Assembly: GCF_018350175.1 (NCBI RefSeq)
Contig: NC_058368.1
Location: forward strand, 135,286,001-135,350,000
Source: Felis catus
Taxonomy: Eukaryota
DNA: 64,000 bases
Reading direction: 5' to 3'
Part shown: piece after piece, positions 1 to 11,340 of the stretch
How the letters are laid out: each line of letters begins with the position of its first letter
Position numbering within the stretch: the first letter of the stretch is position 1
Position numbers and translations under genes: made by a program
The notes under the pieces: generated by a model
Seen by the model: only the letters and a program-made list of their open reading frames with translations
Told to the model about the DNA's origin: nothing
Databases searched by the model: none

Positions 1-1666
1 CAATAACTCAAAGGCACATATAAGCACACTCTGTACTTAAGACTGAGCCACAGAGCCCTTTGGCAAATATGACAGAAACTCCGATGCCAGAGATAAAGAG
101 GTCTTTCTCAAAGGAAAGCATTGTCTTCAAAAGACAGAACCAATAATGAGGACGTGATTGGCTGGATACTAGCAGATCTGGGCCCCAGGAGGAATGCCTT
201 GTTCAGGGAGCCTGCTAAGATAAGCAAAGCTTTCTGTAGCCTGCCATCTCCTTTCGGTTAAGGACATCCATCTACAAGTCTGTCCTAGGCCCTTATATTT
301 GTCCCACAGTGACTCTGAGGGCTTTCTACACCTCCAAGAACTAAGAAAACAACAAAATTCTTCAGCCTGTGGAGAATGAATACCAGATGAGATGAACTTA
401 CAGATTTACTGATCCTTTAAGGAGACAAAGATATTTTTGGTGTAAAATTTGAGCAGTTTAGAAACCAAACAAGCTTTAGTAGCTCCCTCTGAGATGTTCA
501 ATAGCTTGGGCCATCTCGACACTGGAATAAAACTCTTAACCTTGGGGCCTAGGAAGCCCTTAGCTGATTCACACCCTACACAGATCATAAATGCTTGGAC
601 ACCTAGAAGCAGAGAGGGAGGGCAATGAGCTACCAACCCTCAGTGAAAATGTCTTTCTGCTACAACTCCTCTAAATCAGAGTTCTCTTTTCTCAGAAGAC
701 ACAAGTTTGCAGGAGATGCTCATTCAGATTAGGAAAGAAGGCCATAAATTTGGACGAGCAAAATAAATATAAATAAGAGCCAGAAGGTGACATCCATGGC
801 ACAAAATATGGCAAAGGGAGACCCAGCGATGCCTGTGCATGCCATGTCCTAGTGTAAACTCAGTGTACAGCCCGGTCCAGAGCATTCCTCCAAAACAGCA
901 ATTCTAGAAAGTGAAAGAGGACACCGGGGCTTCCAGAAGAAGTGAGTCACACCAAAGCCATCACTACACAGCTAACCCACCCCTCTCATCAAGGCAGAAA
1001 TTACTCCATATTAGCTACAGCTCCCTCCCATGATCTCATTAGCAAAGATATTGAGAAGCTGCTGTTCCTCTAGGAGGGAAAATTGAAACTGTGCCACAAG
1101 TTATTTCACCCAGAACATTTCAGTCTGGATGGATGGGGATGGAGAAAAAAATCTATCTCCCCATGGTAATTTCCTTAATCCTGTTGTTGGGAGGGTACTT
1201 GTGTGATGGAAACTGAGATGTGTCCTGCCATCTGGTAGCCCAGGGAAAGGCCCAAACCTAGATATCCTGAAGATTTGGAGAATGGGTGAGACACTTTCGT
1301 TGCAAGTGAACAGCTTGGCCATTAGGCAATTTTGGGCTTACGCAAGCTAACGGTTCAGGGGTGGGTCTGGTGTGGTGCACAGATGGATTCAGGACTCAAA
1401 TACTATAATCAGGATGTGGCTTTTTTTTTTCCTTCAGTTAGTCCTGCCTTCTCTGGTCTCAAGTCCCACACAATGGCATTGGCAGCATAGACCTCTCAGC
1501 CACACAGGGGCCCAGCCCAGGGCACAGGAGTAAGAGTCCTGATCCCAGTAAAAGTCTCAGAACATGTGACTGGGTCACACGTTCACCTCTATAACTAGAG
1601 TTATCAGGAGATGGAATCAGGTATACCAAAGCCACATGGACTGAGTTAGAAAAAGAGGAAATTCAA

Positions 1667-1891
1667 GGGGCGCCTGGGTGGCTCAGTCGGTTGAGCGTCT
1701 GACTTTGGCTCAGGTCATGATCTCACGGCTTGTGGGTTCGAGCCCTGCATTGTTGGGCTCTGTGCCAATGGCTCAGAGCCTGGAGCTGCTTTGGATTCTG
1801 TGTCTCCCCTCCCGCTGCCCCTCCCCAGCTCTCACTCTGCTCTCTCGCTCTCTCTTTAAAAAAATAATAAAACATTTAAAACATTTTTTAA
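1667..1891 (+). mobile_element. Can-SINE (SINEC_Fc type)
   Basis: GGGGCGCCTGGGTGGCTCAGTCGGTT tRNA-derived head, CT tract, A-rich tail; TSD aaaaagaggaaattcaa on both sides. Confidence 0.97.
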
Positions 1892-1936
1892 AAAAAGAGG
1901 AAATTCAAGCTGTAGCTATCTTTAAAAAAAGAGTGA

Positions 1937-2091
1937 GGGGCACCTGGATGGCTCAGTCATTTGGGCATCTGACTTCGGCTCAGGTCATGATCTCCTGGTT
2001 CATGACTTGAAGCCTCGCATCAGGCTCTGTGCTGACAGCTCAGAGCCTGGAGCCTGCTTCGGGTTCTGTGTCTCCCTCTCTCTCTGCTCCT

Positions 2092-2140
<49 letters not shown>

Positions 2141-2210
2141 CACTCCTTCTCCCTCTCCTTCTCTCTCTCTCTCTCAAAAATAAGTAAACATTTAAAAATA
2201 ATTTTTAAAG
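1937..2210 (+). mobile_element. Can-SINE with expanded (CT)n
   Basis: SINE head, long (CT)n at about 2090-2175, A tail; TSD aaagagtga. Confidence 0.97.
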
Positions 2211-5200
2211 AAAGAGTGAATACTGAGTGACAAAAGTAACAAATGCCCACTGTACTTGGTGAGTGGTCTTGAAACTGGCTTACAGAAAACTGTGGACTTA
2301 TCTTGAGTTTCCCTGAAAACAGAGCCTGAGATAAAAGTTTGTATGTGGGTCATCAATTTACAGAGATAAATCCAGGAAAGTTGACAGCTAATAAGAGTGA
2401 AACAGGAAAGGAGAAAAAATTAATGCAAAGTACATTGCAAAGTTATACAGGAGGAGGGATCCAGGAAGAGGTCGTTTATTGGCCAGCTACCATCATCCAC
2501 TGGTCAAGAATTGCCAGAGGTGTTAATTCTGAGTTCTAGATCTATACATGTGTGAGAACGGTCCAGTGGGTCCCTGCAGGTGTCCTGCACTGCCAAGTCA
2601 GAAAAAATCTGGAGTCCCAAAGAGGGAGATAGATGGCATAGCTGGTTTCCATGATAATGACTAGAGTAAATGGCAGGAAGTGGGCACAGGGTCAATGTAC
2701 CTTTCCTCTTGGATACTTAAACTGTTTTGCTTTGTTTTATTTACTATTACAGGTTAATTCTCCACCAAGAATAAGCTGGTAAAGAGAAAACACCACAGGG
2801 AAGGGCATGGAATTATGTGAGGAAGAGTAGGGAAAGACTTGGGCTTGAATCCTCAATCCCCCACCAGAAATGTCACAGAGCAAGTCAATTAATCTCTTTG
2901 CTTACCATCAGTAAAACAATAATGTCAATAATGCCTACCCTATGTGATTTAGGGGAGTATTATTAGCATATTAAGTTATACTGTCACTTTATTTAAAGTG
3001 TTATCTTCATTTCCACTGTTAATAACAAAGGCAGATCCATAAGTTTTAAAATGCTCATATAAACTAAATGGAATTTTATAAGGAACACTTCTAACCACTT
3101 CCAGTTCCCTTCAGTTGATGAAGTTTATAATCCATGGTATTTAAAACAATGCAACTAATTGCAGAACTGAATGGTGGTACCACACCAACAGAAAAGTTGC
3201 AAAATATCATTGAAATTGCTGCAGGATACACCCTCAAGATTTTACCCCAAATTCTAATTTCTTGGAAACGTATTGCCATCATCTTTTAAAACCCACTTAA
3301 CAATCTAAAACAAGGGAGGGGTTATTTTATATCCAGCCATGTGGTAATGCAGTTTCCAGGAACCTAGAAAAAAAGAATATACAATACATTTGTTATCATT
3401 GACAGCAGCCCATATGCCCGAGCATTTGCTTTCCACAGTTTCTGAGAAATGTGCCGGGGGAAAAAAAAAAAAAAAACACAATGTTCAACCCAAACATGAT
3501 CCCAGATCACTGGCAGGACACTGTAGCCAGGCCATCCAGCCCTGCAGTTCACCCTTTGGTCTCTGAGAACATCATGACACTCCAGGACAACATCTCAGTC
3601 CCATGTGGCTTGGTCCCTCTGTGTTTCTCTGCAGAAGCCTTCTCTCAGACTCTTTGAAAGATCCTAGCTTCTCAGGGACTAAAGGCAGGAAGCCACCTCT
3701 TCTCCCTCTCTTTAATTTTCTCCTTCAACACAGCTTTCATCCCAAAGTGATTCAGGATTTTCAGCAGCACACCAAACCATCTCTGGGAGTAAACAGGCAG
3801 AGATGGGCCACACCAGACTGCAGATTCCTGTGAGAAAAGCCTTAGCCACCACATCTCCTGTAGTTCCCAAACTACCTCAACCTCTACATCCACGTACGCC
3901 ACTTGGCACAGCCAGAGCCAACTGCCCAAAAGCAACTCGATCGCGAATCAACCTCTGCAGGTGTCTTGAAAAAGGTCTATGAAAAAGAGTCTCTCTGAGC
4001 TATCCCCGTCCATCCCCAAAAGGTGAATTTCATGGATGTCACCCAGACTATATTTTAACTCAGTCCACCTGCATACACACTCCAAATAGGATGAAAATCC
4101 ATCCAGCTGTTCCTTCATCATCATGTACTAACAGGTAAACAGACAAATTTCCATGTGGATGGGGAAGAAACCAACAGGTAGGTCATTTCTGTAAGAATTT
4201 CTCAGCTCAAATTTTAGGAAAAGGAAGGTCAGGCAAAAGCATAATTGAGATGAGGCTTTAAGATAAGGAGCAAATTCTAACTCATGAAGGGAGTAGAAGG
4301 TGATCCTTGGACAAGTCACATACATGAGGACAGGTGGGGACAGGGTGGACCAGAGAGGAGCACATGGCCCTGGAAGGAAAGCAGCAGCTACCCAGCTGCT
4401 GCCACATATGGCCACAGGGTACGCTGGCTCAGTGTGGTCAGGTTAGTCTATTGAATTTCAAGCACAGTTAATCTAAGTCTCGCAGTTCAAAATCTTGAGA
4501 GAGGAAATATCATGGATCAACTCAGCCTACAGAAATGTTCTTCTAGGATCAGGTGCCTACTCCTCATCCAATCAATTTTGGCTGGGGGTACTGAGAAGGG
4601 CCAGTCATGTGGTCTACTGTCTATGCTGGAGAAACCTGGAGAGGGCAAGTTGATTTATGAGAAGGGGCGATGGGAGAGCAAAGCACAGCCAGACTTTACA
4701 GACCTACAGAACAACTTGTAGACTCACGATAGCCATGCAACGATTTCTACTGGGGAGGAGGGTCTTCCCCGCCATGCCTCTAGGCACACACAGGTATTGT
4801 CTTCACCGCTCTGAACCTGTGTCGCTCATTTGAGCCAAGGTGGAGATGGAGTGTAAATAATGAGGCTTCACCCTTGCTTTTCTGTACTGTTATTAAGGAT
4901 TAACCAACTTGGATAAAGGAAGCTGCCTCGGAAAAATGAACAAAGATGGCTCCAAAATACTCCATGCCACCAAAACGCTATTGCCACATTCAGGAAATAA
5001 TGTCTGCATCATGAGTAATGTATTTCTTCAAACTATGGCAGCATGTTTGCAAGAGTGAGGGAACAAGAGCCATGTCCCCAAAAGAGCAATGAACCTCTCA
5101 GCCATGAACACCTAGCCTACTGCAACATCTTGGTAGATCCCTAGCTTGGGAAACTGAGGGCAAGTCCCAGGGCCAGATAGGTTATAAGGGAGAGAAGAAA

Positions 5201-5867
5201 AGAGAAGCCGTTGGTGTGCCTCCCAGAGACAGTATAATCAGGATCTCACTTCACAGATCAGAAAACTAGAGCCCAGCAAGATTTAGAGTCTAGATAAAAC
5301 ATGGACAGGTCTCTTCAAACGTTTCTAACAGCCTCTGGGTTTGAGATAGAAGAATCAGAGCGAATATGACACTTAACTATAAAAGCTACATCCTTCTGTA
5401 GTAGACTTCCAAACTAAAGACATTTTTCACTTGTCAAAAGTAGGCAGTCAGTGCCTTGAAACACAATGATTGAAGGGCAAATGCTCCTTGACTTGACAGA
5501 GCCTGTTTATAATTGCAACATTAGCACAGACACACTTTAATTAAAAATCACAAAAATGACCTTAGCTGAGCTATGAGACCTATATTAAAATCCTGGCTGA
5601 GGAGCTACTTTCTAGTCAAGTTCCTATTTTCAGATGCCTGCCCTTTGTTAAAGGATTTCCTTTAGCTTGAAATGTCTAGGCTTATTCACTGACCACTAAT
5701 GACTCTTTGGCAATATCTGAAAAAGAATAAGCCAAATGTACATCACTCAAACCTGAACAGATAATACAATCCTACCCCTAGTCCTAGCAGTTGTGGTTGA
5801 GGGGCAGGGTAGCCAAGCCCTGATACTGTCCACCTTGCAGGAACTTGGGGAGGAGGCACCATAATGG

Positions 5868-5975
5868 TCTAGAAGACCATCTGGCTCAGCCTCTCATTTT
5901 ACATATAAAGGAATGGAAGCCCAGAGAGGACAAGTGACTGTCCAGGGCCCACCAGCCAGTGGTGGGAAAGCTGCG
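5868..5975 (-). mobile_element. MIR fragment
   Basis: ctcattttacatataaaggaatggaagcccagagagg resembles the MIR core in reverse. Confidence 0.6.
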
Positions 5976-6081
5976 ACATACCAGTGCCACCAGATAATCA
6001 CTACTCAGGAAAATGAGCTGCTCAGTCAACTGAAAGAGAGGTAGGATTTTGAAATTACAGATGTCATCCTCTCCTTCTTCC

Positions 6082-6393
6082 TAGATTGTGCTCCTGAAAA
6101 CACCAGACTTCTAGATACTTGGTTTAATAACTAGAGAAGAGGGTGGAGGGGAGAGGAAGAGCGGGAGGGAAAGAGAGAGACAGAGAGAGAAAGTAAGTTC
6201 ATCCAGGACACATACGCCTCAGAAATACTACATACCATATTCCCTTCTTGGAGATTCACATCACACACTAGGGAATCTGAGAAAGAAGACCAGCAGTAAA
6301 GAAATCCGTTTAACTCAAAACTCTTCTTTCAAGTCACATCTATTAACATCCTACAGACTCGGTGTTCTAGGAAACATACATTGGGACGCGCTG
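6082..6393. mobile_element. hAT-Charlie MITE remnant (MER119-like)
   Basis: ggagattcaca...cagtaaagaaatccgtttaact and terminal gtgttctaggaaacatacattgggacgcgctg resemble the recalled consensus. Confidence 0.45.
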
Positions 6394-7029
6394 GCTTGGT
6401 GAGAAGAGAAATGAATTTCAAAATAATTGGGCTGGAAAGTAAAGAAATTGAAACAGTCTGGCTCATGTCAAATAAGGGTTCAGAAATGGCACCATGTCAT
6501 CTCATTTTCTTCCCCTGGGTCTTTCACACTCGCAACTTGGAAAGAAATGAAGGATAGGGGTGTCCTTGAGTTCCCTGAGCAACAAGGATGAAGAGAATAA
6601 ACCTTTTTCTTTAATTTGCCATGAAAGGTTGGCGTAAAGGGGTAAAAACAGAGACCCTGACTTTGCCACTCTTCTCTATGGGTGTTTAAATTCCTACCAG
6701 AAATATAATGCTTAGAATAGTATCCCCCCATATTTATAACTTCTTTACAATGAACTACCATGATTTTCTTGTCCCTCAAAGCTGGTAAAGTTACATTCTT
6801 ACCTCAGAAACTGTGAGGAAATCAAATTTGGCCTTTAAATAAACTAATCTGAAAGGTTTAAAAAAATATTAGAGGCTTTTAAAAAAAGGAATAGGGGACT
6901 TGAATATCCCAAAGTGTGAAAATGCCACATTTTTATACTCAAATGATTCAAAATAGATGAACAGAATGCTTCCAAACTTTCTAAAAATATCTACCTTCAG
7001 GCAATTAAAAAAATCAATCTAAAGGGTCA

Positions 7030-7830
7030 TTTATTTCAAGAACCTAACAGCCCCATTTAGCACTCCAGCGAGCCCCCACAGCTGACTGGATCTGGGAGAC
7101 CAGGGCTGAGAAAGGTCATTCACACTCCTCCCTAACTCCTTAATGATATGTTTAGCCAGGCTAATTTTAGACCTGTCGGAAGCTTTTGATTCAGTTAACC
7201 ATAAGGTGTTGGTGACAAGACTGTGGTCAATGGGAGGCGTGGGGTGAGCTCCTTTTGAAGTCAGCTGGTGAGTTCATTCCTGGAAGGGGGTGTCAATAAG
7301 TAGTCACAAGGGACTGTTCCTGATCCACATACGTCTCCCGGGAGGTCTCTTCTCTCCTCCCCGTTTACCCAACACGGCAGGAGACCTTGAGAGACATCAG
7401 TGGAGGCAACAACACCTTGATGATCCTCATTTCATTATCGTCTTTTGTACTGATTCATTCAAGCTGTCTTCACCTTTGGCTTAGCTCATAGTTATTTTGG
7501 TTTGGGCAGGAAGTGGCTGGCTTCAAGTCAACCTGGATAGGCTGAGGTTGTGATCTTCAGTCAAAGGAAATGCTTTAAGGATGTCAGAGGTGGATCTCTA
7601 TCATGGCTATTCAGGGATGAAGGCTCACTGACAGGTCTTTTAACAGGTGCTTGAGCATGGACCAGAAAAGTCTCCTTTTTTCTTGGATTCAGAGAAATGT
7701 GTGCCTACGCCAGCTTCCAGAAAAGGCATCATCACATTTAGCTATCCCTCTGGTTAATATAAGTTTCACCACAGTAATAGCCACTCTTTTTTCTTTGCTG
7801 GATTTTACAGGGGCATTTCATTACCCTAAT
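7030..7830 (+). mobile_element. Ancient CR1/L2-clade LINE, reverse-transcriptase fossil
   Basis: 7161 onward translates LILDLSEAFDSVNHKVLVTRL (LINE RT motif LDxSKAFDxVxH); later LQVNLDRL (CR1-type LQxDLDRL); stops and frameshifts between. Confidence 0.75.
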
Positions 7831-8576
7831 ATTCATTAAAGAGAATTTCTTTAGCCCTAGGAATGTTCGTACCAATCAACTCAAATTCTTTCCACCTTCT
7901 CAAGGTTTAACATGAATGGATTTTATTTGGTGCAACGTGTGCTTCTGCTCTGTATAGGCACCATAAAGCTATCTATAGCAAAGAAAATGTCAATATTCCA
8001 TTCAAGAGCTCAACAGCCCGGCCGAGAGGGAAAATGTCTTTAATACTGCATCTTACTAGATTTCAACAAATTCCAATGCTATATGGAAACTCAGGGCTAA
8101 TCCATTATTACCCTTTCATTTTCTAGAATGGGGAAGTAAGACTTAAATTTTCTCAATCGACATAATAATTCAGCAGAACCAGAAAATGTCTATGGGGCAA
8201 GCACTCTAATATTATCTTTCTAAACTTTACTGATCATTCCTCACCTCTGGTCCTCACCATAGGTCAAAAAGTATGGAGAACAGGAGTAAGACAAGGGGAG
8301 GGAGTAGAGAAGAGACGAGAAAAGGGTGAAAAAGATCAAATGAGACAAACAAGGTCAATTAGTCAGTATCTTTCTGTCATCTCCTTGTCATCAGTCTTTC
8401 CTTCCCAACCATTTTTTATCTAGATATCAGCAAGTCTCACTGGAAATCCTTGGTTGCCCCATATCCAAGGGACAAACGGAGGCAGAGACAAGTTTATCAA
8501 AGTGAGCCCATTTTTCTAGCTTTGGGACTGCATATGCCTCAATGATTAATATTGCAACTGTGGATTCTAAATTCTC

Positions 8577-9340
8577 ATTTCATTCATTTGACAGATATCC
8601 ACTGAACATCTGCCATGTGCTAAGAACTCTGTTGCACATTCTAAGGGATATGAATATGAAGAAGACATAGTCTTGCCTCTAGAAATTTACAATTTAATAA
8701 GACAGGGAAGAAGAATATTCCTCCTGGTTGCAAAATTCTAAGACTGCGACAATTCACACCAACAATTACACGGGGAAGAATCAGATAGGTGCTCTGAGAG
8801 ATTTGACCTGAATATTATGGGATTCCAGAAAAGATGTATATCATTTCCAGTTGCCAAGAGCCAGAAATCTTCATCAAAGAGGTGTTATCTTGAGCCGGAG
8901 CTTGAATGATACAAAAGACATAAACCATAAAAGGACACTGAGGAGTGGGCTTCCTGGAAAAAAAGGAAATGGCGCAAAAGCACAAGAACAAAATATCTGT
9001 TTGGGAAACACCAAGTGGACCAGTTTGGCTAAAGCAGTGGATAGATAAAAGAAGGGAGATACACAGCTGGGAAATTTTGTTGGAAGCCAAAGTGCAGAGT
9101 ATCTAAAAGAACGAGCTAGAAAGCTTGGTCTCAATTCTCTTGGTGGCAAACAGACATGGAAAATTTTTCACAGGGCTAAACTTCAGGCAAATTAATTGGG
9201 CTACAGTGATCTGGTGTGGAAGATGCTAGAGGAAGGGATCACCTTCTGACAATGATCTAAATGAGAGGAAAAGAGCACACAGCGAGACTGAAAAGGAGGC
9301 AGATTCATGAGATATTAAGGATGCATGAAGGGCAGGAATA
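8577..9340 (-). mobile_element. L2 remnant
   Basis: cattcatttgacagatatccactgaacatctgccatgtgct is the reverse of the L2 3' end, followed by degenerate L2-like body. Confidence 0.65.
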
Positions 9341-10259
9341 CATCGGTGTGAAGGCCAAAGGGCATCTCCTAGGATACTTGGGATGAAAACAAAATTTCAC
9401 CATATCAAATGGATACTTGAAAGCATGATATTTTGAATCTACCACTGAGATGTTCACATTGTTGCCCAATGTTTGTTGATTGAATTATTTTTGTAGGTTA
9501 AGGATATTTGTCAGATTTTTTTTTTAATCATAATCTTCCTTCTGGGTCTTTTTATGGTTTAGAGAGACCTGAATAGACAAACAGACATGAGATATCACAA
9601 ATTTCTGACTAAAGAAAAGCAACAGAGTCTCTTAATCTCCTTTCTGGTATATAAATACAACAGTAACTATATTGCGGTAGACCCACGGCTGTTGGATATA
9701 AAGAAGAGGGTCTGTTCCAAACTGTCTAAATCAATAGTCCTGCTTTACCCTATCCTTCCTATGTGTCCAGCTATGCTCCTATCCCCATTTGTTTTTGTAT
9801 CAGAGATTCCTTTTAAATATGGACATTACTGAACTGGTAGGAACCTGCTCATGGAGAGTCCTCTATTAGTTAAGAATCCAATCTGTACATAACACTTCTC
9901 CGCCATTTATCCACTTGGCCACCTCAGTCGCCTAGTCAGATGCTAAAAAGATTTGGCGACAAATAATACTAGCCCTTTCGTCTTACTTAGCTGCTAATGC
10001 AGACATATCGCCAACCATCTTTTCAGGCAGTTTTCCCTGATAAACTAGAACTTTTTTTTTTAGAAGCAACTTGACTCCCATCCTTCTCAGAGAGCCCTCT
10101 ATCTGATTTGGATTTTGTTCCTTCATGCACTCGTTTTTCAGCCTGACCAACCCCCTAATACCTTACTTAGCAAGCATTTAGTGAGCACCTGGTATGTGCC
10201 TAGCATTGGGCCCAGTGAGGCCGATAAAAAGATAAAAGGTAACAATCCTTTGTGCAAAT

Positions 10260-10517
10260 TTTTTTTCAGTTTATTTATTTATTTTGAAAGAGAGACACCA
10301 CAAGCGGGGAAGGGCAGAGAGAGACAAAGAGAGAGACAAAGAGCTAGCAGGGGGGCGGGGAGGGGGGCACAGAGAGAAGGACCGAGAGAATCCCAAGCAG
10401 TCTCAGTGCTGTCAGTGCAGAGCCTGACACAGGGCTCGAACTCACAAACCGTGAGATCATGACCTGAGCCAAAATCAAGAGTCAGATGCTTAAAGGACTG
10501 AGCCACCCAGGGGCCTC
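10260..10517 (-). mobile_element. Can-SINE
   Basis: Reverse head (gagccacccaggggcctc), (GA)n and T tail; TSD tgtgcaaat. Confidence 0.96.
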
Positions 10518-10609
10518 TGTGCAAATAGTAATGTAAAGAATTCATTTGCCCCGTGAAGTTCCTCACCCGGAGGACAGGAACATCACTACCTAAACCCGAT
10601 GTCATCTGA

Positions 10610-11095
10610 ACATTGGCACTGCATAGTGGTTGAGCATGTGGATTGCAGAGTCCTTGATAGGAGGGATGCCTGGGCCAGCTGGGCCACAGACTACCTGTGA
10701 ACCTGGTGAGTTATTTAAACCCTCCGAGCCTCAGTTTCCTCCTCTATAAAATGGATGTAGGGGCGCCTGGGTGGCGCAGTCGGTTAAGCGTCCGACTTCA
10801 GCCAGGTCACGATCTCGCGGTCCGTGAGTTCGAACCCCACGTCAGGCTCTGGGCTGATGGCTCGGAGCCTGGAGCCTGTTTCCGATTCTGTGTCTCCCTC
10901 TCTCTCTGCCCCTCCCCCGTTCATGCTCTGTCTCTCTCTGTCCCAAAAATAAATAAAAAACGTTGAAAAAAAATTTTTTTAAATAAAAGAAAATGGATGT
11001 AAAAATACCAGCACCTATCCCAAGGGTGGGTTCTGGTAAGCATTTAATGAGACAATTAATGCAAGGAGTTTAGGACCGCTCCTTCGGTGCACTAA
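10610..11095 (+). mobile_element. MIR, interrupted by a young SINE
   Basis: MIR core gagcctcagtttcctcctctataaaatgg, continuing after the SINE (taccagcacctatccca...attaatgaga). Confidence 0.7.
10760..10989 (+). mobile_element. Young SINEC_Fc
   Basis: CpGs largely intact; perfect TSD aaaatggatgta; nearly identical to the copy at 16138. Confidence 0.98.
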
Positions 11096-11108
11096 GAAAC
11101 AGCAGATA

Positions 11109-11340
11109 GAGGTGCCTGGGTGGCTCAGTTGGTTGAGCATCCGACTTCGGCCCCGGTCATGGTCTCATAGTTCGTGAGTTCAGGCCCCACGTCGGGCCCT
11201 GTGCTGACAGCTCGGAGCCTGGAGCCTGCTTCGGATTCTGTGTCTCCCTCTCTCTCTGCCCTTTCCTTGCTTGCTCTGTCTCCCTCTCTCTGTCTCTCTC
11301 TCTCTCTCTCAAAAAAAAAAAAAAAAAAAAAACATTAAAA
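11109..11340 (+). mobile_element. Can-SINE
   Basis: SINE head, CT tract, poly-A; degenerate TSD aaacagcagata / aaacagtggata. Confidence 0.96.

Larger units (their letters stand above)
1330..2250. mobile_element. Degenerate MaLR/MLT1-like LTR remnant, interrupted by two SINEs
   Basis: Resembles recalled MLT1-type LTR segments (ggattcaggactcaaa..., cccagtaaaagtc...tgactgggtcac); boundaries approximate. Confidence 0.35.

Noticed and set aside
1667..1745. tRNA-like A/B boxes at SINE heads
   Set aside because: tRNA-derived SINE promoters followed by SINE body and tail, not tRNA genes
1678..2010. Recurrent ORFs of the MAQSVERLTLAQVMIS / GAPGWRSRLSVRLQPG type
   Set aside because: These are translations of Can-SINE bodies, not genes
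3862..3880. TGAGGTAG (let-7 seed) on the minus strand
   Set aside because: The following bases do not match let-7 mature sequences and I see no convincing precursor hairpin
6797..6835. Strong minus-strand donor GAG|GTAAGA
   Set aside because: The upstream acceptor options are weak or give an 8-nt exon; no supporting context
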